This document shows, piece by piece, positions 1 to 9,468 of a DNA stretch of 54,140 nucleotides. Each line of letters opens with the position of its first letter. Position 1 is the first letter of the stretch. A program made the translations under genes and the position numbers. Source of the stretch: a virus (taxonomy: Duplodnaviria > Caudoviricetes). Location of the stretch: positions 1 through 54,140 of the IMG/VR virus record IMGVR_UViG_3300021579_000009. One strand, 5' to 3'. The notes under the pieces are model-generated. The model was not told the origin of the DNA, searched no databases, and saw only the letters and a list, made by a program, of their open reading frames with translations.

Positions 1-48
1 AAGGACGCCGGAAAGGAAATTAGACTGGACGACGTGACTACCGGCCAT
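1..48 (-). CDS. Tail tubular protein B, N-terminal 16 codons (runs off the window start)
   Basis: ATG at 48 overlaps the end of tail tubular A and reads MAGSHVVQSNFLSGVL, matching the QxNFxxG start typical of this family. The C-terminal part is at 52574-54140. Confidence 0.75.
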   Translation of the reverse strand, partial: MAGSHVVQSNFLSGVL

Positions 49-610
49 TGCGGATATCCGTGAACGGGGAATCGATCATCGTGCTATTCGGCCGGCCTTG
101 CGCATCGGCAAACATCGCGCGTGCACGTTGTACATTGTACTTGGCAGTCATTACTTGAACGCCAGTATCCGACTCCGTGATCGCTTTAATCATATCCTTT
201 GCGCAAGCATAGGTAAGTAGCAACGTGAAGTAGGCGGGGCAGGCACTTACATCGGGCTTGAACATATAATCAAGTTCAACCGACGATTGATCGGTGTAAA
301 TCCGATCCGCGTAAATTTCATATGATGCCTTCGGATATACTCCGATCGGAAGCAGCATAGCTGAGGGAAGTTGATAGGCGTACTGCCACTCGTTTAATGG
401 TGTGGCGTTCAAACGAGATAGCGAAGTCTTCGCGCAAGCAAAGCGCCAGCGATTGGATTGCAATTCCGCTTCGTAGATAAGCTCGAACAAGTTGCTGCCA
501 ACTGTGGCGCCGTAACGGTTATCAGAAAGCGAATCGAGCGGCTTCTCGCCGAGCAGGACTAGCGCTTTCGATAGAATCGCGATTTTTGATTGTGTTTCGA
601 TACTAGCCAT
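38..610 (-). CDS. Tail tubular protein A (T7 gp11-like adaptor)
   Basis: 190 aa with ILSKALVLLGEKPL, WRFA and YAYQLP motifs; lies directly upstream of tail tubular B. Confidence 0.85.
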   Translation of the reverse strand: MASIETQSKIAILSKALVLLGEKPLDSLSDNRYGATVGSNLFELIYEAELQSNRWRFACAKTSLSRLNATPLNEWQYAYQLPSAMLLPIGVYPKASYEIYADRIYTDQSSVELDYMFKPDVSACPAYFTLLLTYACAKDMIKAITESDTGVQVMTAKYNVQRARAMFADAQGRPNSTMIDSPFTDIRNGR

Positions 611-1241
611 TTGGTAACTGCCAATTTACTTCGTGCGGACGAGGCTTACCGTGAAAACAGACCACGCTTGCGCCTTCTGGAACTCTGCCGGGACGACGCA
701 CGTGCCACTTGTAGCTGACGATGCGACCAGGGAATCTCTCGTTTAAAGACTCAAACTTGACTGGTAGATGTTCCTGAATAAACCCCTGATCGCCCCATTT
801 TTCCCACGTCTTTTCGTATTCTGGAATTACCGAAGTAGTGAACGAATTTGGGATCATGCTAAAGTCGATGGCGCTATCCCAAAACATTATTCCAGAGTGG
901 ATATGCGTGCCGGGCCCTTTCCAATTTGTGCCACATGCAAAATCGTAGTGTGGCTCTAGCATGTCCGTCATGTCACTGGCGAACATCGTGTCGAGATCAA
1001 AGTACGCAACCTTGCCTTCGAACAAACCGGGGCGGAATAGCTCAAGCTTCGACCACCAGCCCATCCAGTTATTCTTGAATGGAATCGTTTCGATGCCTTC
1101 AATCTTCTGATTCGTCAGGCATACAAAGCGATGCGGGATGCTACAAAATTTTGCTACGCTCGTTCTCAAGCGGAGAACATAGTCGTTACTGAACCCGCCG
1201 CCTGGACGATAGACACACGCAATGGTTAGCGGGGTGCCCAT
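603..1241 (-). CDS. Glycosyltransferase, GT-A fold (GT8-like)
   Basis: WWSKLELF, DxD motif YFDLDT, GDQGFI and C-terminal FHGKPRPH; no transmembrane segment. Confidence 0.75.
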   Translation of the reverse strand: MGTPLTIACVYRPGGGFSNDYVLRLRTSVAKFCSIPHRFVCLTNQKIEGIETIPFKNNWMGWWSKLELFRPGLFEGKVAYFDLDTMFASDMTDMLEPHYDFACGTNWKGPGTHIHSGIMFWDSAIDFSMIPNSFTTSVIPEYEKTWEKWGDQGFIQEHLPVKFESLNERFPGRIVSYKWHVRRPGRVPEGASVVCFHGKPRPHEVNWQLPNG

Positions 1242-1822
1242 ACTTCGTCCTTATTTATTCTCGTCTTCTGCTCGTAGCCCAACGATTCCAAAATTGGTTT
1301 TGGGTCAACCCACTGAGCGCCGTAATACTTCTGTCCTAAGCCATTATCTTCGAATACGATTAGTGGTTTGCAAGCGGCGATCGTCTCGCGTGCGCCTTCA
1401 AGCACTTGCCCTTCGAAGCCTTCCGTGTCGATCTTTATGAAATCGACATTACTAAGCATGAGCCTGTCTAGCGTTGTCACTTCTACCCCGAAGCCATCGC
1501 TCACATGCCACATCCCGGAGTTAGCGCCGGGCTCCAACTGCATAGTGCAATCACCTTCAGAAGATCCGAGCGCTGCATTTACCAGCACTGCGCGATCGCC
1601 GACGTTTCGAACTAGGCAGGAAAAGTTTTCAGCGCAGGGCTCAACGGCCCATACGCGTTCGAATACCGTAGCCAAGAATTCTGTGCAAGTACCAACATGT
1701 GCGCCGATGTCTACGGCCAGTCTAAAATTCTTACAGTGCTTGAGCACTTTATCGAGAAACGCTGCTTGCGCTTTCGCACCATGCAAAGGACTCTCGGCAA
1801 AGCCTGGATCACGCGTGGGCAC
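1226..1822 (-). CDS. FkbM-family SAM-dependent methyltransferase
   Basis: VDIGAHVG, AVEP..NF..L, TTLD and FIKIDTEGFE motifs. Start moved from 1969 to GTG at 1822, just after the upstream gene's stop. Confidence 0.9.
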   Translation of the reverse strand: MPTRDPGFAESPLHGAKAQAAFLDKVLKHCKNFRLAVDIGAHVGTCTEFLATVFERVWAVEPCAENFSCLVRNVGDRAVLVNAALGSSEGDCTMQLEPGANSGMWHVSDGFGVEVTTLDRLMLSNVDFIKIDTEGFEGQVLEGARETIAACKPLIVFEDNGLGQKYYGAQWVDPKPILESLGYEQKTRINKDEVWAPR

Positions 1823-1830
1823 TACGAACG

Positions 1831-2547
1831 TTAGGTCTCTTGGTACGCTCGGTAGAATACGGGGGATATCAATTTGCAGTCTTTGTCCCAGGGTTTTATG
1901 CCCCCAGCGAAGTACACCACGCGGGCGTTCTTTGGGATTTTGCGCTGGTTCATTATCTCTCTGTACCAATAGACCCCCTGGTCTTTATCCCAGGTTGGAG
2001 CACCCGAGATTTTTATTGACATCCAAGCTTGATCGCTGCCGGAAATAACGCGGTTGCCATACTGTGTATTCGCAATTTGCTTTGGCGATTCTTCTGGATC
2101 GAACGAAGACCATACATCTTGATGCGCGCCGGGAGTTAACTGCCACAACGTTCCGCAGTAATTCGAGTGCATTCCCTTTGCGGCCTTAAACGTATCGTCC
2201 GTAAGCAGTGGTGCTAAATCGTCGAATATCATGCAGTCGAGATCGATCGATAGAATCTTCGACGCACCGAGCCACTTACTAACTTCGTAGTCAAAGAGAC
2301 GAAGCCGTGTGAAGCAATTCGGAATTGGATCACGGGTGTCGATGATCCATGACTTTGTCACATTGACTGGCACCGATTTCCACAAAGGGAACGTTTCGTA
2401 CTCGATTCCTGCCGGGTCGTCTGTGACGCAAACGAACCGATATGGAATGCTCATATGCTTCGCGAGCATCCGGCCGAGTTTATTGACGTGTCCTGCGTTG
2501 TACACTGGGCGCCAGCCGCGCCACAGCCAAGTCACGATTGTGAGCAC
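1831..2547 (-). CDS. Glycosyltransferase, GT-A fold (GT8-like), paralogue of 603-1241
   Basis: RFVCVTD, DxD motif IDLDC, SDQAWM and YFAGGIKPW; GTG start overlaps the upstream TAG. Confidence 0.75.
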   Translation of the reverse strand: MLTIVTWLWRGWRPVYNAGHVNKLGRMLAKHMSIPYRFVCVTDDPAGIEYETFPLWKSVPVNVTKSWIIDTRDPIPNCFTRLRLFDYEVSKWLGASKILSIDLDCMIFDDLAPLLTDDTFKAAKGMHSNYCGTLWQLTPGAHQDVWSSFDPEESPKQIANTQYGNRVISGSDQAWMSIKISGAPTWDKDQGVYWYREIMNQRKIPKNARVVYFAGGIKPWDKDCKLISPVFYRAYQET

Positions 2548-3431
2548 TAGCCGAATACCCCAGCCTCAATCTCGTCGAGCAACAGGTCAAATTGGGTATT
2601 CAAGCTGTGCTTGGTCTCATAGAACTTCGCGTTGCCGGCCGGGTCGTCACCACGAGCCCAAGCAAGAGAAGTTTCCAGCAACTTCCAATTACCGGAAGTA
2701 TCTTTCAAAACATCGATTGCACACCATTTGGTGCCGATGGCGTTAAACACCAGCTTCGAGAAATCAAGTAGCGATTCAACTTCTTCGCACATCTCAACCG
2801 GCTGTGTACGGACTACGCACGAAGGGGCTGCCATCGGACGGTCGGGGTAATTGAAGCGCTTGTATACATGCAGCTTCGTTCCGACAATCGTTACGCGCCA
2901 AGTCCATTCGTGGGGAATGAACTCTTGCCACAGCACGTATCCTTTTTGCAGGACGTCTACGCCCGCGCCGCGCCGCGAGCGAATGCCTTCTCCGAAAGCC
3001 TGCAGAATCTCTGCGTACATCTCGGTTCGCGAGTTCAGCAAACGAACGTTGTTACTTGCCGAGCCATACGCCGATTTTGAAACAACAGGTGGCGGCGTGT
3101 GTTCAAATGCCTGCAGCGCCTGGAACAGCGTAAAGGCTACTCGTGTGGGCGGCATCAAAGTAAAAAAGTCAAATGCCTGGGCAATCTTATCTTCGTACAT
3201 GCGGATCTGCTTTGTATCCTGCACGAAATGCTGCTTGCCCTCGATCAGTTCTTCAGCCCAGAACTTGTCTTCCATGAGTTCTTTCTCGCCAAATTGGCGA
3301 GGGACGAAGAACCCAACTCCGTCCTGGGCGCTCGCGCCGCGCTTTAACTTGCGAACCGGGAAATTCCTCAGTACCGCAGCGCGTTCCATTTCTGGAACCC
3401 AGACGTGTCCTGTATCGAAAATGTTCAGCAT
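2547..3431 (-). CDS. ATP-grasp (RimK-like) ligase
   Basis: DK..Q, MPPT, PVVSKSAYGSASNNV, LWQEFIP, WRVTIVG and AIDVL...WKLLE are the characteristic ATP-grasp motifs, in order. Confidence 0.85.
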   Translation of the reverse strand: MLNIFDTGHVWVPEMERAAVLRNFPVRKLKRGASAQDGVGFFVPRQFGEKELMEDKFWAEELIEGKQHFVQDTKQIRMYEDKIAQAFDFFTLMPPTRVAFTLFQALQAFEHTPPPVVSKSAYGSASNNVRLLNSRTEMYAEILQAFGEGIRSRRGAGVDVLQKGYVLWQEFIPHEWTWRVTIVGTKLHVYKRFNYPDRPMAAPSCVVRTQPVEMCEEVESLLDFSKLVFNAIGTKWCAIDVLKDTSGNWKLLETSLAWARGDDPAGNAKFYETKHSLNTQFDLLLDEIEAGVFG

Positions 3432-4021
3432 GCTTCAATGCTCGGAGGAGCACCCAGGTGCAACCGAGTAAATCCAGACATGGAAAATACGCGGCCCTTG
3501 AACGTCGTCTGCGCAAGTGATATGAGTGTTTCCTTGTACCGCTTGATGATCCTTCGATCTTGCACATTCGCGTCGCCTACTCGATGGCACGATTTATCTT
3601 GCGACACTTTCGCTTCTTCGAAGCTGTACCCACTTCCATCCATCGGGCAGCCACACAAGATAACCGGATTAAAGCCTAACGCCATACCGATTAGAGCAGC
3701 CTTGCCGGCGCTCGTCGCGCCCGAGGAATACTCGCCACCCCACCAGTCCGTGACGCAAGGAAATTCGTTCTTCGGTGCTTTACCCGGAAAGGCCCAGTTG
3801 GCGTGAACACGCACAGGTTTGGCGTTTGGAAATGCCGCTTTGCGGGCGTTGAAAAATTCCGTTGCCTTCGCTGTGTGCCCTGCGAGCATATGCTCGACGT
3901 CTTCGAACATCGTACACGCGCCGTTGATGGTCATCGTTTCCGCGTTCGGGTATAACTTCTTTGCTTTCGCGAGATCTTCGTACGCACATGGGGCACTGCC
4001 CACGACCAATAGAGCGCTCAT
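3425..4021 (-). CDS. Maf/DUF115/GT29-like transferase
   Basis: N-terminal LVVGSAPC..D, TINGA and ATSAGKAALIGMALGFNPVILCGCPM resemble the GxGPS...N...SG..A...G...I.L.G.D pattern of Maf and sialyltransferase-like folds. Confidence 0.6.
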   Translation of the reverse strand: MSALLVVGSAPCAYEDLAKAKKLYPNAETMTINGACTMFEDVEHMLAGHTAKATEFFNARKAAFPNAKPVRVHANWAFPGKAPKNEFPCVTDWWGGEYSSGATSAGKAALIGMALGFNPVILCGCPMDGSGYSFEEAKVSQDKSCHRVGDANVQDRRIIKRYKETLISLAQTTFKGRVFSMSGFTRLHLGAPPSIEAC

Positions 4022-4039
4022 CGATTCTCCTGTTAAAAA

Positions 4040-4945
4040 CTAGAATGTCCAGCCAGGGCGTTGATACCCTGGAACGGAATGCACATCAACGTAAATAATG
4101 TGGGGGAGCGTCCCCTTCTTAGCCCACACTGCCGAGCCGTTGGCTTCTGCCAATGCCGCGGCGGCTAGCCCACTATATGCTTTCAACCAAGGCAGATGCT
4201 TGGCTATCGCCAGGGGAGTCCACTTTGGGACTGCGGAGACCGCAGTTGGATCAGATAACGTAGTACTTGTGAATGTATCACTAACACCACCAATCGTCAA
4301 TACGGTGTTAACTGCAGTGTGGTACGCCGCGCTACTGGTGTGCCTCACAGTGATGCTATCCCCGTTCGATACCGCGTTTGAAGCTGACGCGCTGGAATAC
4401 GCAGCTCCGTTAATGCTGTAGGTGCCGCCAGTGATAGATATATTTGCAGTGGTGTTAAGCCCAGCGATCACAATAGCGGCACTTGTTATTGTTGCGCTAC
4501 GTGCTACCCCTGACTGGTCTGTGAAGGTGAACGCATCGGGAGTTGAGTCTGCGGCTACCGTAGTGCTTGAGAAAGTATCGGACACGCCGCCGATCGTGAC
4601 AGCAGTATTTACCGTGCCAGAAAAGCTACCGCTTGACGTATGTCTTGCACGAACAGTATCCCCGTTGTTAACTGTTCCTGACGAGGACACAAATGTGCCG
4701 GATCCGTTTATGTCGTACGTACCACCTGTGACCGTAATGGTCGCCCCAGTGTTGATCCCCGTTACGGTAATCGCGGCGCTAGTGATGGTCGACGATAACG
4801 CAACGCCCGTCTGATCCGTAAACGTAAAGGCATCTGGGGTTGAGTCCGGCCCGACTGCTGCAGTCGGAACCACCCACAGCGCTACTCTCTGCGCGTCAGA
4901 GTAGTAGCTTGTGGGGGCTAACTGTCTTGCCGCGTTGCTACGCAT
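4040..4945 (-). CDS. Thr/Ser-rich putative virion surface protein with two tandem beta-rich domains
   Basis: 301 aa with two ~99-aa repeats starting DSTPDAFTFTDQ; located in the structural operon. Confidence 0.6.
   Translation of the reverse strand: MRSNAARQLAPTSYYSDAQRVALWVVPTAAVGPDSTPDAFTFTDQTGVALSSTITSAAITVTGINTGATITVTGGTYDINGSGTFVSSSGTVNNGDTVRARHTSSGSFSGTVNTAVTIGGVSDTFSSTTVAADSTPDAFTFTDQSGVARSATITSAAIVIAGLNTTANISITGGTYSINGAAYSSASASNAVSNGDSITVRHTSSAAYHTAVNTVLTIGGVSDTFTSTTLSDPTAVSAVPKWTPLAIAKHLPWLKAYSGLAAAALAEANGSAVWAKKGTLPHIIYVDVHSVPGYQRPGWTF
4255..4846 (-). repeat. Intragenic tandem domain duplication (2 x ~297 bp)
   Basis: Units start at 4846 and 4549; both read DSTPDAFTFTDQ.GVA.S.TITSAAI...TIGGVSDTF.STT. 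Confidence 0.9.
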
Positions 4946-6612
4946 TAGTACGTCGCTACCGCAATTTCGACCTGATCGCAGGCCGTGCCGGTGAACTTGT
5001 ACACAACATCATCTGCGTTAATATCACCAGCACTTGGCGTTAAGTAGTACACACCGTTGCCAATTTCCGTTACTGAGCCCGAAGCAGCTCCGAACGCTGC
5101 GCCGTCTAAGCTTCTTGTCGCTGTAACCGTGATGCCCGTCTTACGAGTCACATGGTCCGTCGAATCAACTAAGGTGAAGAACACCTTTTGACTACCAGTA
5201 TTCTTCTGGTACCGAGTCGCGTTGGCGCTTGTTGCCGATAGAGGTGTCACACCCGCCACCGTTCCCACCACATTACCGCCGACGTTGCCAGTTACAGAAG
5301 CTACCGCGCTGGCGGCAACCGCAGTTCCAATGCTGGTTTTCATGGTCGCTGTAAAGTCACCTGCACTTGGTGCATTAGTGAGATTAGTAACCGTTGGCAC
5401 AACACCATCCGTTGCTAAACCCTGCACCGCTTTGATCGTAGTAATTGCGGTCGCGGCAACATTGTTCATGTTCTTGACATTGGTATCGAGTATGCCTGCC
5501 GTTGCGGGAGTCGATACCGCCGTTCCGAGGATTTGCGTCAGGTTCACCGGAGAAGGTAACCCGCTTGCACCAGGAGGGCTGCCGTAAATCTCGTAGGTGA
5601 TTGTGCCAGTTGGAGTCGTCGTCCATGCGTCAACTGTCGCTGTATCAGTGCTACCAGTATACGCAGTAATGATCCTACGCTGTCCGGCTCCGGCCGTTGC
5701 CGAGGTAATAACAATAGTCGCCCCGATTAGCTCACTGTCTGCAAAAGCTGCAGCAGATCGAAGCTGCAATGTCGTTCCAGTTGCAGCTTGCGCGGTGCCT
5801 TTATCTACAATTCCGATTCCACGAATCATCCCAACGCCACCATTAAGGGCCGTGCCATCAATGTACGAAGTGTTAACCGCGGGGACACCGCTAGCGAATG
5901 TTCCAGCCGAGCCGCCGAAGTTCACGACGTTGACGCCCAGCTGAGCCGTTGAAGTGCTTACAGCTGCATTGGCAATGTTTTTGACGTTAGCGTCTAAAAC
6001 GCCAGCCGTTGCAGGAGTGGCGAACACAGTACCAAGGAGATACTTGGCATCTACCAAAGGAACGCCAGTGACATTTACTGCGGGGATAGTTCCCCCGAGC
6101 CATTGCGTTGCATTGGCCTTTACAACACCCGAGGTAAAATCTAGCTGTCCCGTTCCGGTACCCGCCGACAGCAATACACTCGCGCCAATATCACGCGCGG
6201 TTTGAGCAGTGCCGGAAATACTGGTTGCGTCTACCGCAGGACTTCCAACCAGCCAAACAGTATGCGTTGCTTGGTTCGCCGCGCCATTGAACGTGATAGA
6301 TGAACGCACGCCGACAGAGGCAGGGATTGCCGCATCTGGAATATCGAAGCGGTAAAGACCTGGAGCATTCGTAGAGCTTACCTCCACAAACCCGCCGCTG
6401 CTATATGCACCACCTACTGTTTGCGTGGCGAGCGTGATAGCGGTTAGGGTGCCGGTCGCGCCGTTTCGGTAGTACGCCGTGAAACTCGATGTGTTATAGG
6501 CGAGCCCGGTAATCGGATCACCGGGGCTTGTCGCTGCTGCTTTTTGTGGCAGCCAAACATCGATCGTTTGACTCGTTGCCCCGGCCTTTACAAATACTGT
6601 TTGTGTGCTCAT
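4945..6612 (-). CDS. Thr/Ala/Gly-rich putative virion fibre or decoration protein
   Basis: 555 aa; internal repeat LGT..TPATAG.LD.NVKN occurs twice; coupled to both neighbours. Confidence 0.55.
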   Translation of the reverse strand: MSTQTVFVKAGATSQTIDVWLPQKAAATSPGDPITGLAYNTSSFTAYYRNGATGTLTAITLATQTVGGAYSSGGFVEVSSTNAPGLYRFDIPDAAIPASVGVRSSITFNGAANQATHTVWLVGSPAVDATSISGTAQTARDIGASVLLSAGTGTGQLDFTSGVVKANATQWLGGTIPAVNVTGVPLVDAKYLLGTVFATPATAGVLDANVKNIANAAVSTSTAQLGVNVVNFGGSAGTFASGVPAVNTSYIDGTALNGGVGMIRGIGIVDKGTAQAATGTTLQLRSAAAFADSELIGATIVITSATAGAGQRRIITAYTGSTDTATVDAWTTTPTGTITYEIYGSPPGASGLPSPVNLTQILGTAVSTPATAGILDTNVKNMNNVAATAITTIKAVQGLATDGVVPTVTNLTNAPSAGDFTATMKTSIGTAVAASAVASVTGNVGGNVVGTVAGVTPLSATSANATRYQKNTGSQKVFFTLVDSTDHVTRKTGITVTATRSLDGAAFGAASGSVTEIGNGVYYLTPSAGDINADDVVYKFTGTACDQVEIAVATY

Positions 6613-7278
6613 TTAAAATCCGCCTTGGTTGGCGAGTTGTGAAAGAAGTTTAGAACCGCTGCTTGCGGCAGTAACATCGCCGGCCTCCCAGTCATCCATG
6701 CGTAGAACATCGACGAATCCATAATTCATTACATGCCCCGGTCGGCCGGTGTTCAACGCAGATCCGCCGTTATCTGTATAGGTATCTGCGAGCGTTCCAT
6801 TACGGTAGCTACGAATTACCGTGCTAGTTCCAGACCCACCGACTTCGCCTTCTACTGTATCTCCACTCGCCCAAGATCCACTGAGCGACGTATTTGTGAC
6901 GAGAGTCGAAATTGTTCCGTTGTTGATTCGCTCGATAAGTAACTGGAATTGTCCGGCACCATAATTTCGATAGAGTCTTACTCGGTAACAATCGATACCA
7001 GCATCGGTATCGGCAGACGCGCGTAATATGACGCCGCCCATATCTCCGTCAGGAGTTGAACCCCATGTCAGCGTGCACTTTGCATACTGGTCATCTGCGT
7101 ATGTTGCGTTTAGTTCGCGATACTCAACGGGGTTTCCGTATCCAACGTGGTACGTGTTGCTAACAACAGACCCAGATCCGTTCCCAGGATGCAAGTTAGC
7201 CCAACGCCCGCTGGAGACAGTCGCTAATTCACCGTTTGAGTATGTGAACGATTCTGTAGCGCGTACTGTTCTTGTCAT
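6613..7278 (-). CDS. Putative lectin-like (jelly-roll) virion protein
   Basis: 221 aa, beta-strand rich (GVILRA, YRVRL, IRSYRNG, MDDWEAGD); ATGA overlap with the upstream gene. Confidence 0.45.
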   Translation of the reverse strand: MTRTVRATESFTYSNGELATVSSGRWANLHPGNGSGSVVSNTYHVGYGNPVEYRELNATYADDQYAKCTLTWGSTPDGDMGGVILRASADTDAGIDCYRVRLYRNYGAGQFQLLIERINNGTISTLVTNTSLSGSWASGDTVEGEVGGSGTSTVIRSYRNGTLADTYTDNGGSALNTGRPGHVMNYGFVDVLRMDDWEAGDVTAASSGSKLLSQLANQGGF

Positions 7279-9449
7279 ACTCCACCTGCTGGCAACTTGT
7301 ACACGTAGGTTGATTCATTGATCGCATTAACGAGAACAAGCATGTCTCGACCTGAGCCTCCGACGTTTTCAAGTATGTTGAATCTGCCGAACGAGCCTTT
7401 AGCTTGTCTCGACGTAGGCGTGACAGTGTTCGATGCGTCGACGCTCACGGTCGACCATACCCATGTACCGCTCACTATGTTACTCGGTGGCGTTAACTTG
7501 TAGAGAGTGGTTCCGCTTTCCCATGTCAGGAACGCTCCACTTGCTGCGTGCCATACGAGGCCAAGACCAACTGATGTTGGCCCTGTACCGCTTACCGCAG
7601 CAGGAGATTGCCAGCCAGTCGTTGCGACATTATCGAGATCGAGAAACTTGATTGCGTCGGTTGCGACTAGATGCCCACCAACATGCACAAAGCATCGCTT
7701 TGTCGGAGAAATTGCAGTAGCACCGTAGTAGCCTTGATTTAAATACCAGTTGTAACCGGTGTGCGTATTTGTTGCGGGATTGTACCGACTTACTGAGGTG
7801 TTCGATTGTGCTCCGACGATCCACAGATATCCGGTTGAAGTGTCGTACTCACAACCACCTGCCTCAAATCCCGAATCGATCGCGTTGTCTGCTCCTTGCG
7901 TCCATACGAGCGAGGAACTAAGTCTATACAGCCCAGCGCTTGAATCTCCGTTTGCAGAATAACCAACCATCGAGCTGATGATTACTTCATCCGTGTTATC
8001 GCAGTATGCAATGAAATTTCGACCATGCGTCGCGCGCGGAGATCCGTCATCCATTGCGCTGCCAGTACCGAATGTATAACGCGTGTCTTTCACACGAACC
8101 CATGCAGGAGTGGCGACATTCAGCAGTAACTCATAAACCTCGTTACCGCTCCAATCGCCGTGACCACCTTGCGCGGGAATCTTCATACTCTGACGAGACT
8201 TATCGATTACTGCGCCACCCCATGCACTCATTACGCCTGCTTGCCCTGAACCAGTGTAGCCTGGTAGCGGCGTATACGATTGAGAAGCAACGTTTCCAGA
8301 AGTTGCGATAGTCGCCCACGTCTTATCGGTCATCGATGTGAAATATGCCGGGGCATAAACACCAGTACTTCCTGTCTCACTTGTTCCAGCAGGCGGATAA
8401 CTAGCTGGAGTAGTGGTTCCAGAGTTCGGTATTGAGTAACCGCCAGGAAAATTAATAGGCGAATCACTACCGATCACTTCGCTGTAGCAAATAAACGTGT
8501 CTGAACCAGGCCAGTTGGTTACTGAGTTCGGGTAATTAGTTAATTGCATTCCGGTGTAAAGCTGCGCCCCAGCGCTATCGAGATAGCCGACAGGCGCAAT
8601 TCCCGCATTCATTCCGCCCATGATTAAAGTCGGTGCGCTACCGTATGGAGCCCCCCAAATCTTGACGATGTCGTTAATTTGATCGACATAGACCTCAATA
8701 ACATACCAGCCATTTGAAGACAGTCGCGGTGCGCTTTGATAGTTGGTATCAGTTCCGGCCGTATCACTGAGTCCGTGGTAATCGTTGCCGTAACGCTGGC
8801 GCAACGTTGCATCGTTCGTAACTGTCGGCGAGCCCGCATCGTAGAAACTCAAGTACTGATAATTCGACAGCGATGGCCACGACAAACTAAAAGCTTCGGC
8901 GCCAGCATCCGTGTATCGATACGACTGAAGGAAACCCCCCGCTCGCGGATCGCGGCGAATGACAATTTCGCTTGGTTCGAACGAGCGGTCTGGAGACTGA
9001 ATGATCGCGAGCTTACCGCCCCACACAGCGGCGCTGCCGTAGTAGAAGTTTCGGTAGACGCTGTCCGCATAAATCGCGAACTGCACGTAAAACTGGTGCT
9101 TCGGCGTATTTTTTGTTGTGAGCCCGATACCATCCCAGGTAATCGAATAACCGGAATACGCGCCGCTATTCGCAGCAGCCATGTTCATGCGTAGCGCGCC
9201 ATTCCCGCTTAATTTGTTAACAGTATCCCAAGCAATGTACGCGGCCGTTCCATTGGTCTGAAACGCGCTTGCGATGAGATCAGTGGCGTTCGTTATTTGC
9301 TGAGTTTTAGCTGCGTTCTTATAGGTGAAGTTATTCGAAAAGAACACTCCACTAGCTGCGATTCTCGCTGCCCAATCAGAATCGATACTTGATCCGCCAC
9401 CCGTGGCTGCGCCACATCGCGCCAATGGTGATAGCATTGGTATCAGCAT
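7275..9449 (-). CDS. Large putative virion surface protein (glycan-binding or lyase-like domain plus propeller-like domain)
   Basis: About 724 aa, Gly/Ser/Thr/Trp rich; the C-terminal half has repeated YNP.TNT / ..W blade-like motifs. Start ATG 9449 (track uses TTG 9476). Confidence 0.5.
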   Translation of the reverse strand: MLIPMLSPLARCGAATGGGSSIDSDWAARIAASGVFFSNNFTYKNAAKTQQITNATDLIASAFQTNGTAAYIAWDTVNKLSGNGALRMNMAAANSGAYSGYSITWDGIGLTTKNTPKHQFYVQFAIYADSVYRNFYYGSAAVWGGKLAIIQSPDRSFEPSEIVIRRDPRAGGFLQSYRYTDAGAEAFSLSWPSLSNYQYLSFYDAGSPTVTNDATLRQRYGNDYHGLSDTAGTDTNYQSAPRLSSNGWYVIEVYVDQINDIVKIWGAPYGSAPTLIMGGMNAGIAPVGYLDSAGAQLYTGMQLTNYPNSVTNWPGSDTFICYSEVIGSDSPINFPGGYSIPNSGTTTPASYPPAGTSETGSTGVYAPAYFTSMTDKTWATIATSGNVASQSYTPLPGYTGSGQAGVMSAWGGAVIDKSRQSMKIPAQGGHGDWSGNEVYELLLNVATPAWVRVKDTRYTFGTGSAMDDGSPRATHGRNFIAYCDNTDEVIISSMVGYSANGDSSAGLYRLSSSLVWTQGADNAIDSGFEAGGCEYDTSTGYLWIVGAQSNTSVSRYNPATNTHTGYNWYLNQGYYGATAISPTKRCFVHVGGHLVATDAIKFLDLDNVATTGWQSPAAVSGTGPTSVGLGLVWHAASGAFLTWESGTTLYKLTPPSNIVSGTWVWSTVSVDASNTVTPTSRQAKGSFGRFNILENVGGSGRDMLVLVNAINESTYVYKLPAGGV

Positions 9450-9468
9450 TAAAAGTGCCTGATCTGCC

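Noticed and set aside
1823-1969. N-terminal extension of the FkbM ORF overlapping the glycosyltransferase by 139 bp
   Set aside because: A GTG at 1822, just after the upstream stop, gives a normal-length FkbM protein; the extension has no recognisable motif.
603-4021. Modification cluster read as DNA hypermodification or Gtr-type O-antigen conversion
   Set aside because: Not excluded, but disfavoured. No hydroxymethylase, TET/JBP or nucleotide kinase genes were recognised, the cluster has no membrane proteins, and it lies among late structural genes.
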